From a virus (Duplodnaviria; Heunggongvirae; Uroviricota; Caudoviricetes): 15,838 nt of DNA. This document shows positions 6,458 through 14,082 of this stretch, in pieces. A program made the position numbers and the translations under genes. The DNA lies in IMG/VR virus record IMGVR_UViG_2724679293_000012. One strand, 5' to 3'. The number at the start of each line of letters is the position of its first letter. The first letter of the stretch is position 1. The notes below the pieces were generated by a model, which worked only from the letters and a program-made list of their open reading frames with translations, was not told the origin of the DNA and did not search any database.

Positions 6458-7453
6458 ATGGCATTTAAACACTATGACGTGGTCAGGGCGGCGTCGCCGT
6501 CAGACCTTGCTGAACGACTGACACAAAAACTGAAGGAGGGGTGGCAGCCATTTGGCAGCCCGGTGGCCATCACGCCTTATACTCTGATGCAGGCCATTGC
6601 GGCGGAAGGTGATGTCACCACACCTGTGTTGGTGAAGCCGTCGGATGGAGAAGGCACAGTAATCAGCGCCACCAGAGACCCGGAGTATTACTTTGTTGTG
6701 GTTCTGGCGGGGCAGTCAAACAGCATGGCATATGGTGAAGGCCTTCCGCTGCCGGAGACATATGACCGTCCGGACCCGCGCATTAAGCAGCTGGCGCGTC
6801 GCAGTACGGTGACACCGGGCGGTGTCGCCTGTAAATATAACGACATCATTCCGGCGGACCATTGTCTGCATGATGTGCAGGACATGAGCCGCCTTAACCA
6901 TCCGAAAGCGGACCTGTCAAAGGGGCAGTACGGAACCGTGGGGCAGGGGCTGCATATCGCCAAAAAACTGCTGCCGTTTATACCGGCGAATGCGGGCATT
7001 CTGCTGGTTCCGTGCTGTCGTGGTGGTTCAGCGTTCACCACCGGAGCTGATGGCACATACAGTGACGCGAGTGGTGCTTCGGAGAATTCAACCCGCTGGG
7101 GTGTGGACAAGCCGCTGTATAAGGACCTTATCGGTCGAACAAAAGCAGCACTGAAGAAGAACCCGAAAAATGTGCTGCTTGCCGTGGTGTGGATGCAGGG
7201 GGAATTTGATTTTGGCGGTACGCCTGTAAATCACGCAGCACAGTTTGGTGCGCTGGTTGATAAATTCCGTGCAGACCTGGCGGATATGGCAGGTCAGTGC
7301 GTCGGTGGCTCTGCTGGCGGTGTTCCCTGGATATGTGGAGATACGACGTATTTCTGGAAGCAGAAGAACGAATCCACGTACCAGACGGTGTACGGCAGCT
7401 ATAAAAACAAAACGGAAAAGAATATCCATTTCGTACCGTTCATGACNCAGTAA
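6458..7453 (+). CDS. nanS: NanS-p-like prophage sialate O-acetylesterase, N-terminal part (frame broken by the tandem duplication)
   Basis: Strong SD GGGAGG before the ATG; SGNH/SASA-type motif VVLAGQSNSMAYGEGLP; position (after tRNAs, before lysis genes) matches nanS-p of Stx phages. The ORF stops at 7453 only because the 791 bp duplication (791 mod 3 = 2) shifts the frame. Confidence 0.7.
   Translation: MAFKHYDVVRAASPSDLAERLTQKLKEGWQPFGSPVAITPYTLMQAIAAEGDVTTPVLVKPSDGEGTVISATRDPEYYFVVVLAGQSNSMAYGEGLPLPETYDRPDPRIKQLARRSTVTPGGVACKYNDIIPADHCLHDVQDMSRLNHPKADLSKGQYGTVGQGLHIAKKLLPFIPANAGILLVPCCRGGSAFTTGADGTYSDASGASENSTRWGVDKPLYKDLIGRTKAALKKNPKNVLLAVVWMQGEFDFGGTPVNHAAQFGALVDKFRADLADMAGQCVGGSAGGVPWICGDTTYFWKQKNESTYQTVYGSYKNKTEKNIHFVPFMXQ
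6657..7447. repeat. Copy 1 of an exact ~791 bp direct tandem duplication inside the esterase gene
   Basis: Identical to 7448..8238 over the full length; antisense ORFs 6688..7110 and 7479..7901 in the track are identical at offset 791. Boundaries approximate within 2-3 nt. Confidence 0.9.
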
Positions 7454-8238
7454 TCAGCGCCACCAGAGACCCGGAGTATTACTTTGTTGTGGTTCTGGCG
7501 GGGCAGTCAAACAGCATGGCATATGGTGAAGGCCTTCCGCTGCCGGAGACATATGACCGTCCGGACCCGCGCATTAAGCAGCTGGCGCGTCGCAGTACGG
7601 TGACACCGGGCGGTGTCGCCTGTAAATATAACGACATCATTCCGGCGGACCATTGTCTGCATGATGTGCAGGACATGAGCCGCCTTAACCATCCGAAAGC
7701 GGACCTGTCAAAGGGGCAGTACGGAACCGTGGGGCAGGGGCTGCATATCGCCAAAAAACTGCTGCCGTTTATACCGGCGAATGCGGGCATTCTGCTGGTT
7801 CCGTGCTGTCGTGGTGGTTCAGCGTTCACCACCGGAGCTGATGGCACATACAGTGACGCGAGTGGTGCTTCGGAGAATTCAACCCGCTGGGGTGTGGACA
7901 AGCCGCTGTATAAGGACCTTATCGGTCGAACAAAAGCAGCACTGAAGAAGAACCCGAAAAATGTGCTGCTTGCCGTGGTGTGGATGCAGGGGGAATTTGA
8001 TTTTGGCGGTACGCCTGTAAATCACGCAGCACAGTTTGGTGCGCTGGTTGATAAATTCCGTGCAGACCTGGCGGATATGGCAGGTCAGTGCGTCGGTGGC
8101 TCTGCTGGCGGTGTTCCCTGGATATGTGGAGATACGACGTATTTCTGGAAGCAGAAGAACGAATCCACGTACCAGACGGTGTACGGCAGCTATAAAAACA
8201 AAACGGAAAAGAATATCCATTTCGTACCGTTCATGACC
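7448..8238. repeat. Copy 2 of the ~791 bp tandem duplication; junction base 7447 is N
   Basis: Same as above; the single ambiguous base sits exactly at the copy junction. Confidence 0.9.
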
Positions 8239-9186
8239 GATGAGAACGGGGTGAATGTGCCGACGAACAAACCGGAAGAAGACCCGGACATTCCGGGTAT
8301 CGGATATTACGGTTCGAAATGGCGTGACAGCTCAGCCACCTGGACGTCACAGGACAGGGCGAGCCATTTCAGCGCCTGGGCACGCCGTGGGATTATTTCC
8401 GACCGTCTGGCAACGGCGATTTTGCGCCATGCGGGAAGAGTGGCGCTAAACGCGGGGGCATCATCGACAGTATCAGAGGTGCGCCCGTCATCGCCTTCCG
8501 GTGCAGAAGCCACAGGCGTCACAACACTGCTCTCTTACCTTGCCAGCGAGTCAGAGGGAAGCCTGAAAGTACAGGGATGGTCAGCCAGTGGCGGCAGGGC
8601 AGAAGTGGTCAGCGATGCGGAGGGAACCGGAGGTAAGGCAGTGAAGCTGACCAAGGAAGCCGGTAAAAGCAGCTGGGTGCTGGAGTACGCCGCGGGCAAC
8701 GGTGCGGCTCTGTTACAGAAAGGGGGGCAGATTCGCTGCCGCTTTAAGGTTTCGGGAGCGCTGGCTGCGAACCAGTATGTTATGGCGTTTTACTGGCCGG
8801 TATCTTCACTGCCACAGGGCGTTGCCCTGACCGGAGACGGGGGGAATAACCTGCTGGCAGCGTTCTACATCCAGACAGATGCAAAAGACCTGAATGTGAT
8901 GTACCACAATGCGAAAGTGGCGACAAACAACCTGAAACTGGGAACCTTTGGCGCATTTGATAACGAATGGCATACGCTGGCTTTCCGCTTTGCCGGGAAT
9001 AACAGCCTTCAGGTGACGCCGGTTATTGATGGTCAGGATGGCACACCGTTCACGCTGACGCAGTCACCGGTCAGTGCATTTGCGGCGGATAAACTGCATG
9101 TGACAGACATTACCAGAGGTGCGACTTACCCGGTGCTGATTGACAGCATTGCGGTGGAAGTGAACAGCACAGACACTGCGGCATGA
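7489..9186 (+). CDS. nanS: NanS-p-like esterase, esterase core plus C-terminal carbohydrate-binding-like domain (frame is open back to about 7448)
   Basis: 565 aa ORF whose first ~250 aa repeat the end of the previous ORF. Collapsing the duplication gives one continuous in-frame ORF 6458..9186 of about 645 codons. Confidence 0.75.
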   Translation: MVLAGQSNSMAYGEGLPLPETYDRPDPRIKQLARRSTVTPGGVACKYNDIIPADHCLHDVQDMSRLNHPKADLSKGQYGTVGQGLHIAKKLLPFIPANAGILLVPCCRGGSAFTTGADGTYSDASGASENSTRWGVDKPLYKDLIGRTKAALKKNPKNVLLAVVWMQGEFDFGGTPVNHAAQFGALVDKFRADLADMAGQCVGGSAGGVPWICGDTTYFWKQKNESTYQTVYGSYKNKTEKNIHFVPFMTDENGVNVPTNKPEEDPDIPGIGYYGSKWRDSSATWTSQDRASHFSAWARRGIISDRLATAILRHAGRVALNAGASSTVSEVRPSSPSGAEATGVTTLLSYLASESEGSLKVQGWSASGGRAEVVSDAEGTGGKAVKLTKEAGKSSWVLEYAAGNGAALLQKGGQIRCRFKVSGALAANQYVMAFYWPVSSLPQGVALTGDGGNNLLAAFYIQTDAKDLNVMYHNAKVATNNLKLGTFGAFDNEWHTLAFRFAGNNSLQVTPVIDGQDGTPFTLTQSPVSAFAADKLHVTDITRGATYPVLIDSIAVEVNSTDTAA

Positions 9187-9223
9187 TAAAAAAACCGCCA
9201 GCGACAGGAATGGACGCTGGCGG
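9187..9223 (-). terminator. Hairpin with A-tract upstream: minus-strand (possibly bidirectional) terminator after the esterase gene
   Basis: AAAAAAA then 9 bp stem CCGCCAGCG/CGCTGGCGG; reads as hairpin plus U7 on the minus strand; weak U-tract on the + side. Confidence 0.45.
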
Positions 9224-9321
9224 TGGTAATACCTATGGAGAAAAAATAAAGGAACGATACTTTCGTACTCTGGTTTTTTAATGAAAACAGTTCTTATTGT
9301 CAACAATAACGGAAAGAAATT

Positions 9322-9501
9322 ATGACATTTCTGAACCAGTTAATGCTGTACTTCTGTACGGTGGTCTGTGTGCTGTATCTCCTTTCGGGTGGATACCGGG
9401 CCATGCGTGACTTCTGGCGCAGACAGATTGACAAAAGGGCCGCTGAGAAAATCAGCGCCAGTCAGTCAGCCGGAAGCAAACCCGAAGAGCCGCTCATTTA
9501 G
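9322..9501 (+). CDS. Small hypothetical membrane peptide (59 aa, one hydrophobic helix)
   Basis: ATG at 9322 preceded by GGAAAG; MTFLNQLMLYFCTVVCVLYLLSGGY then a charged tail. Below the 60-aa cutoff of the ORF track. Confidence 0.35.
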   Translation: MTFLNQLMLYFCTVVCVLYLLSGGYRAMRDFWRRQIDKRAAEKISASQSAGSKPEEPLI

Positions 9502-9541
9502 CGGCAACTTTCTTAATCACACCTTTCGACGAGAAAATCCC

Positions 9542-9814
9542 ATGTCAGAAATTACATCCCTGGTCACTGCAGAGGCAGTGAAGGAAGTCCTGCGCTCTGA
9601 AGAAGTCCTGAGCGCACTGAAACAAAAACTCCGCCAGAATCTTGAGGCGCGTCTTGATGCAGAGGTTGATGCCATTCTGGATGAGCTGCTTGGTGTACAG
9701 GCAGAGCCACCGACTGAAGCGGGAGATACCACCGCAGAGAGCGGTGAAGTTCAGCCTGAATCACCGGTCGCCGATGCGACTGAACCTCAACCCGAATCGG
9801 TCATGATGCTGTAA
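9542..9814 (+). CDS. Hypothetical acidic protein (90 aa)
   Basis: Internal ATG of track ORF 9368..9814; predicted helical N-terminus and very acidic Glu/Pro-rich C-terminus; sits just upstream of the holin. Confidence 0.45.
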   Translation: MSEITSLVTAEAVKEVLRSEEVLSALKQKLRQNLEARLDAEVDAILDELLGVQAEPPTEAGDTTAESGEVQPESPVADATEPQPESVMML

Positions 9815-9890
9815 CGGGGAGTCAGGGCCATCAGTAAACAGCTGCTGGCCTTTTTCATGTTGTGAGCTTCCGGATTGCGGGAGGCGGGGT

Positions 9891-10106
9891 ATGAACCAGA
9901 TGGAAAAAATCACAACAGGTGTGTCATACACCACGTCAGCGGTGGGAACGGGCTACTGGTTCCTGCAGTTGCTGGACAGGGTTTCCCCGTCTCAGTGGGC
10001 GGCAATAGGCGTGCTGGGGAGTCTGCTGTTTGGTCTGCTGACGTACCTGACGAACCTGTATTTCAAAATCAGAGAGGACAGGCGTAAGGCGGCACGGGGA
10101 GAGTAA
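9891..10106 (+). CDS. S: Class II holin / pinholin, phage 21 S21 type, with dual-start motif
   Basis: 71 aa; [63 protein letters not shown] is near-identical in pattern to S21. Met1 and Met4 (MNQM) give the antiholin/holin dual start. Immediately precedes the endolysin. Confidence 0.88.
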   Translation: MNQMEKITTGVSYTTSAVGTGYWFLQLLDRVSPSQWAAIGVLGSLLFGLLTYLTNLYFKIREDRRKAARGE

Positions 10107-10110
10107 GCTG

Positions 10111-10644
10111 ATGAGCAGGAAACTCCGCTATGGTTTATCGGCTGCCGTTCTGGCGCTGATTGCCGCAGGTGCTTCTGCGCCTGAAATCCTCGACCAGTTT
10201 CTGGATGAAAAGGAAGGCAACCACACCACGGCATACCGTGATGGTGCGGGTATCTGGACCATCTGCCGTGGAGCCACCCGGGTGGATGGTAAGCCTGTTA
10301 TTCCTGGCATGAAGCTGTCGAAGGGGAAATGCGACCAGGTTAACGCCATTGAGCGTGATAAGGCGCTGGCATGGGTGGAGAAAAACATCAAAGTGCCACT
10401 GACTGAACCCCAGAAAGCGGGTATTGCGTCATTCTGTCCTTACAACATTGGCCCAGGTAAGTGTTTCCCGTCGACGTTTTATAAACGAATTAATGCAGGA
10501 GATCGAAAAGGTGCCTGCGAAGCGATTCGCTGGTGGATTAAGGACGGTGGCAGAGACTGCCGTATTCGCTCAAATAACTGTTATGGTCAGGTATCCCGTC
10601 GTGACCAGGAGAGCGCGCTGGCGTGCTGGGGAATCGACAGATAA
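10111..10644 (+). CDS. R: SAR endolysin (lysozyme with N-terminal signal-anchor-release domain, R21-like)
   Basis: 177 aa; hydrophobic N-terminus LSAAVLALIAAGASA then lysozyme core (EGNHTTAYRDGAGIWTICRGAT). Start is 4 nt after the holin stop. Confidence 0.9.
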   Translation: MSRKLRYGLSAAVLALIAAGASAPEILDQFLDEKEGNHTTAYRDGAGIWTICRGATRVDGKPVIPGMKLSKGKCDQVNAIERDKALAWVEKNIKVPLTEPQKAGIASFCPYNIGPGKCFPSTFYKRINAGDRKGACEAIRWWIKDGGRDCRIRSNNCYGQVSRRDQESALACWGIDR

Positions 10645-10917
10645 GCAGAATATTTTGCTGAAAAATGACGTTGGCCAGCGCGGGCGGATAACACGAAATC
10701 CTGCGAACTGGCAAAATGTAAGTGAATAAAGTTAGGCAGATTATTTCACGCAGAGGCACCGTAATGGTGCCTTTGTCATTTCTGCGCTTCGCACAAGCGT
10801 AAATAAACCAAAGAACCTTTCAGGATGAGCCCTGGTGGATAACCGGCAGTGGTCTGGTTAACCCTCTTTGGGCTGGTTATTCCTGTGCGCAGGGTTCATC
10901 ACTAAAAGGAATCAACC

Positions 10918-11613
10918 ATGAAAGAGATGATTTCTGTCGATCATGAAATATCCATGAGTAGTCTGGATTTTCTGAATAACATTATTAATCCAGCCCGGGC
11001 AGAAGCCGGAGAAGTCCCTCATGAACCGCGTAAGTTTCTTGCAAAAATTGAGGATGAGCTAGAGCTTGATGGAACCGGAAAAAAATTCCGGTTAAACAAT
11101 AACCAGACAAGAACGGCATACTATGATCTGGATTTTGACCAGATGATGCTCGTTGGCATGAGGGAGTCAAAGGCCGTTCGTCGTTCTGTGCTGGCAAGAC
11201 TCAAAGCGATGCATGGTATTCAGATCCCCCGGACTTTACCTGAGGCGTTGCGATTTGCGGCAAAACTGGCTGAACAGAAAGCAGTGCTGGAAAATCAACT
11301 GGCAATAGCAGCGCCGAAGGCTGAATTTGTTGATAACTATGTTGAAGCATCTGGTCTGATGGGATTCCGGGAAGTTGCTAAGTTACTCGGTATCAAAGAA
11401 ACCGATTTCCGGCTGTTTTTGTTGGAGAACGGAATAATGTATCGCCTCGCTGGAAAAATGACGCCTTACTCGCATCACCTGGATGCGGGGCGGTTTAGCG
11501 TGAAAACGGGCGAGGCGGGCAATGGTCATGCTTTTACGCAGGTTAAATTCACCCCAAAAGGTGTTCAGTGGATTGCTGGTCTGCTTGCTGCATGGAGAGC
11601 TACCGCAGCATGA
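10918..11613 (+). CDS. Phage antirepressor-like protein with C-terminal KilAC (ANT) domain
   Basis: 231 aa; C-terminal region (APKAEFVDNYVEASGLMGFREVAKLLGIKETDFRLFLLENGIMYRL...TPYSHHLDAGRF) matches the KilAC/ANT pattern; SD AAAGGA before the ATG; lies between R and Rz as in Stx-phage lysis regions. Confidence 0.7.
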   Translation: MKEMISVDHEISMSSLDFLNNIINPARAEAGEVPHEPRKFLAKIEDELELDGTGKKFRLNNNQTRTAYYDLDFDQMMLVGMRESKAVRRSVLARLKAMHGIQIPRTLPEALRFAAKLAEQKAVLENQLAIAAPKAEFVDNYVEASGLMGFREVAKLLGIKETDFRLFLLENGIMYRLAGKMTPYSHHLDAGRFSVKTGEAGNGHAFTQVKFTPKGVQWIAGLLAAWRATAA

Positions 11614-11850
11614 AGATGATAAAAATGGACTGGAAATTTTTGCTGGTCTGGCTGATTCCGTTTTTATGGGTGGTTGCCCGGTTAATTACTGCTATTAAGA
11701 GGTAAAGATGTCAGACAAACTCATAATGCTGGCGAAGGGCCTTTGTGTAATCGTCGGTATTTCATTTTCACTAATGCTGGTTGCTCTTTTTCTTTCCATA
11801 ACCTGGATGGCGTTGACTTCGGCAGGGCTGGTGGGGTGAGCATAAACCGA

Positions 11851-12309
11851 ATGCTTTCCGCGTTTACCGTTATTCTGCTGGTGGTCTGTAGTGCGCTGTG
11901 GCTGGCAACAGACCATTACCGTGATAACGCCATCACCGACAAAGCGCAGCGCGATAAAAAAGCCAGAGAGCTGGAGCTGGCAAACGCAACCATTACTGAC
12001 ATGCAGCAGCGCCAGCGTGATGTTGCTGCGCTTGATGCCAGATACTCAAGGGAATTAGCCGATGCGAGAGCTGAAAATGAAACTCTGCGTGCTGATGTTG
12101 CCGCTGGTCGTAAGCGCCTGCGGATCAACGCCACCTGCTCCGGTACCGTGCGTGAAGCCACCGGCACCTCCGGAATGGATAATGCAACCGGCCCCCGACT
12201 GGCAGACACCGCTGAACGGGATTATTTCACCCTCAGAGAGCGGTTGATGACAATGCAGAAGCAACTGGAAGGGGCGCAGGAATATATCCGCACTCAGTGC
12301 CTGAATTAA
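11851..12309 (+). CDS. Rz: Rz i-spanin (inner-membrane spanin subunit)
   Basis: Aligns along its length with lambda Rz (HYRDNAIT.KAQRDK.AREL.LANA.ITDMQ.RQRDVAALDA...RLADTAERDYFTLRERL.TMQKQLEG). Start taken at ATG 11851; an in-frame GTG at 11836 is an alternative. The track ORF starts upstream at 11743. Confidence 0.85.
   Translation: MLSAFTVILLVVCSALWLATDHYRDNAITDKAQRDKKARELELANATITDMQQRQRDVAALDARYSRELADARAENETLRADVAAGRKRLRINATCSGTVREATGTSGMDNATGPRLADTAERDYFTLRERLMTMQKQLEGAQEYIRTQCLN
12062..12247 (+). CDS. Rz1: Rz1 o-spanin lipoprotein, embedded in the +1 frame of Rz
   Basis: MRELKMKLCVLMLPLVVSACGS has the lipobox LVVSAC; proline-rich mature part matches lambda Rz1 (CVKPP.PP.WIMQP.PDWQTPLNGIISPSE). 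Fully nested within Rz. Confidence 0.8.
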   Translation: MRELKMKLCVLMLPLVVSACGSTPPAPVPCVKPPAPPEWIMQPAPDWQTPLNGIISPSESG

Positions 12310-12384
12310 CAGAGCCAGCTTAATCGCTGGCTTTTTCATATCTGAATTTCATCGCGCATCTCACGCGCATATCACATCCCCGAG

Positions 12385-12476
12385 CCTTTCAGAAAGTTGA
12401 GCCTGAGAACTGTCGTATATGGTGGCGACCATCTCGGGGCGGCTTTTCTGTGAGACAGGCTCAATTTTCTGAAAGG
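12385..12476. promoter_or_regulatory. 21 bp inverted repeat (20/21 match) flanking a 50 bp spacer just upstream of rha; right arm covers the rha SD
   Basis: Left arm CCTTTCAGAAAGTTGAGCCTG (12385-12405), right arm CAGGCTCAATTTTCTGAAAGG (12456-12476); the right arm includes AAGG 9-12 nt before the rha ATG. A shorter CCCCGAG/CTCGGGG pair is also present. Confidence 0.5.
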
Positions 12477-12485
12477 TAAGACGCT

Positions 12486-13037
12486 ATGAACTATCCGACG
12501 ATTGTTAACGGTATTGATTTCCGCGATCTTGTTTTTGTGACAGGCAACGAGCCGGTGACGGATACCCGAAAGGTTGCCGTAGCATTTGGCAAAGAACACA
12601 AAGATGTATTGCGGAAAACAAGAGCCGTTGTTCAACAATGCTCAAAAGAATTTGCAGAGCGCAATTTTGCGCTTTGCTATGAAAACAATGAGTTACAGAA
12701 CGGTAAACCCCAGCCCATATATCGAATGACAAAAGACGGTTGGACGATGTTGGTATTTGGTTTTACGGGGAAAGCTGCTATGACCTTTAAGGAAGCGTAC
12801 ATTCAGGCTTTCAACTGGATGGCTGAGCTTATTCAGCAAGGTCTGGCGAATCTGGAGGCGGAGCGCAACGCTGTAATGCTGGAGTACATGAAAGAGAAAG
12901 ATGTCGCCAGTATGTCAGGTCGTTTGCTCAATCGCTGGGGCAGGGTGAAGAAGCCTCAGTTGCTGGCAAGGCTGGACAGGCTGGAGCAGCAGGGGCAGAT
13001 TGCGTTACCCGGATTTGATAAAGGCATTTCAGCCTGA
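12486..13037 (+). CDS. Phage regulatory protein Rha family
   Basis: 183 aa; N-terminal region (VFVTGNEPVTDTRKVAVAFGKEHKDVLRKTRAV) fits the Rha (Phage_pRha) signature. Confidence 0.7.
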   Translation: MNYPTIVNGIDFRDLVFVTGNEPVTDTRKVAVAFGKEHKDVLRKTRAVVQQCSKEFAERNFALCYENNELQNGKPQPIYRMTKDGWTMLVFGFTGKAAMTFKEAYIQAFNWMAELIQQGLANLEAERNAVMLEYMKEKDVASMSGRLLNRWGRVKKPQLLARLDRLEQQGQIALPGFDKGISA

Positions 13038-13048
13038 CATAGCCATGC

Positions 13049-13078
13049 GCCGTATCGTCGCCGTATCGTCGCCGTATC
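13049..13078. repeat. 11 bp tandem repeat GCCGTATCGTC, about 2.7 copies
   Basis: Read directly: GCCGTATCGTC GCCGTATCGTC GCCGTATC, beginning 12 nt after the rha stop. Confidence 0.85.
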
Positions 13079-13376
13079 CCCGCATTAACAGAGACCGCAG
13101 CCCGACAGGGAGACTCCTCTACGAGAGTGTGCGGGATAATCAAAAACGATACACACCGGGGTTTACCGCGTTAACGGAGCGCGGCGTTGTCCCTCATGGT
13201 CGCTGGTCCGGTGCGATGGTGGAAGAAACCGGACGATGTGTTACCTCGCAAGCTCTGTGATGTCATGTGTCTGATTTGTGATTTAAGTCGGATAATTGTC
13301 GTTGCCATTAAGCAGAGGATTGATGACCGACAGGGTGGCATTGTTAGAATAAGACTTATTCTTATCTGTGCCGGGA

Positions 13377-13709
13377 ATGAAAATGAAAAGAAATCTTCCG
13401 TTAATTATTTTGTTGTCTTCTCTGGTTATGGGCTGTACGCAACATAAAACAGATATGCCCCGACAGTTGGTTAAGGCATTACCACAATATCCGGCCTATG
13501 CAGCGGCAAATTATATAAAGGGACGGGTTGATGTGAAGTTTGATATTGGTGCTGATGGTACTGTCACCCGAATTGAGTTTATCCGTTCAGAGCCGCACCA
13601 TTTGTTTGATGAGCAGGTTGTAAAGGCGATGGCAAAATGGCGATTTGAGAAGGACAGGCCGTGTAAAGGCGTGAAGAAAACGTTTATCTTTAGTCCTTCT
13701 GCACCCTGA
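13377..13709 (+). CDS. Lipoprotein with TonB C-terminal-like domain (moron candidate)
   Basis: Signal peptide plus lipobox (MKMKRNLPLIILLSSLVMGC), then a region matching the TonB C-terminal pattern (YIKGRVDVKFDIGADGTVTRIEFIRSEPHHLFDEQVVKAMAKWRFE). ATG 13377 chosen; the track ORF starts at GTG 13368. Confidence 0.65.
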   Translation: MKMKRNLPLIILLSSLVMGCTQHKTDMPRQLVKALPQYPAYAAANYIKGRVDVKFDIGADGTVTRIEFIRSEPHHLFDEQVVKAMAKWRFEKDRPCKGVKKTFIFSPSAP

Positions 13710-13840
13710 TTATTTCATCAGAAATTAATTATCACTCTGTTGTTATTCTGTACATCCCGGCAGGGTAAGTCTTGTTCCGTCGGATATGAAGATGAAATAT
13801 TGTTGGAGGACAGTGGGTACCTGCTCCTGTAACCGAACGT

Positions 13841-14041
13841 TCATTTCTCGTTATTTGTCATGCTGGCCGGGCGCAGATGCGTTGCATCTGTTGCCAGCCT
13901 TCTCCTGCAGGCTTCAATAACCCACGCTGAAAAGTTACCGGACCCTTTATGCTCAAGGGCTATGTTGATTTGTTCAATTATGTGATTGGGGAAACGGATA
14001 TTGCGGGTTGTGGTTCTGCGGGTCCGGTTTTTCGATGACAT
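13841..14041 (-). CDS. YlcI/YnfO-family small protein (DUF3950-like)
   Basis: 66 aa; MSSKNRTRRTTTRNIRFPNHIIEQINIALEHKGSGNFSAWVIEACRRRL resembles E. coli prophage ylcI/ynfO products (from memory); usual position just upstream of the terminase region, opposite strand. Confidence 0.6.
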   Translation of the reverse strand: MSSKNRTRRTTTRNIRFPNHIIEQINIALEHKGSGNFSAWVIEACRRRLATDATHLRPASMTNNEK

Positions 14042-14082
14042 TTTCTTTCCTCTGGTGACAAGTTATATGACGGGGATTTTAC

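Noticed and set aside
6688-7901. Identical minus-strand ORFs 6688..7110 and 7479..7901, and 6716..6901 / 7507..7692
   Set aside because: Antisense shadow ORFs within the esterase gene, duplicated only because the underlying DNA is duplicated; not independent genes.
6657-8238. The large direct repeat as a CRISPR array or IS element
   Set aside because: Only two copies, ~791 bp each, directly abutting with no spacers or terminal inverted repeats, and lying within a coding sequence; consistent with a duplication or assembly artefact.
9875-10087. 70-aa + ORF overlapping the holin in another frame
   Set aside because: The holin frame (9891..10106) gives a textbook S21-like sequence; the overlapping frame is Gly/Arg-rich and unsupported.
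10128-10759. Minus-strand ORFs 10128..10391, 10538..10759 and + ORF 10424..10729
   Set aside because: Overlap or oppose the SAR endolysin gene, whose identity is clear.
11743-11850. N-terminal extension of Rz to 11743 (188-aa track ORF)
   Set aside because: Alignment with lambda Rz begins near the ATG at 11851 (or GTG 11836); the extension lacks homology and overlaps the small hydrophobic ORF.
11916-12339. Minus-strand ORFs 11916..12209 and 12055..12339
   Set aside because: Antisense to Rz/Rz1, which are confidently identified.
13000-13447. ORFs 13000..13260 and 13187..13447 on the + strand
   Set aside because: No recognisable features or start context; 13000..13260 overlaps the rha end and the tandem repeat, 13187..13447 overlaps the lipoprotein start. 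Left unannotated.
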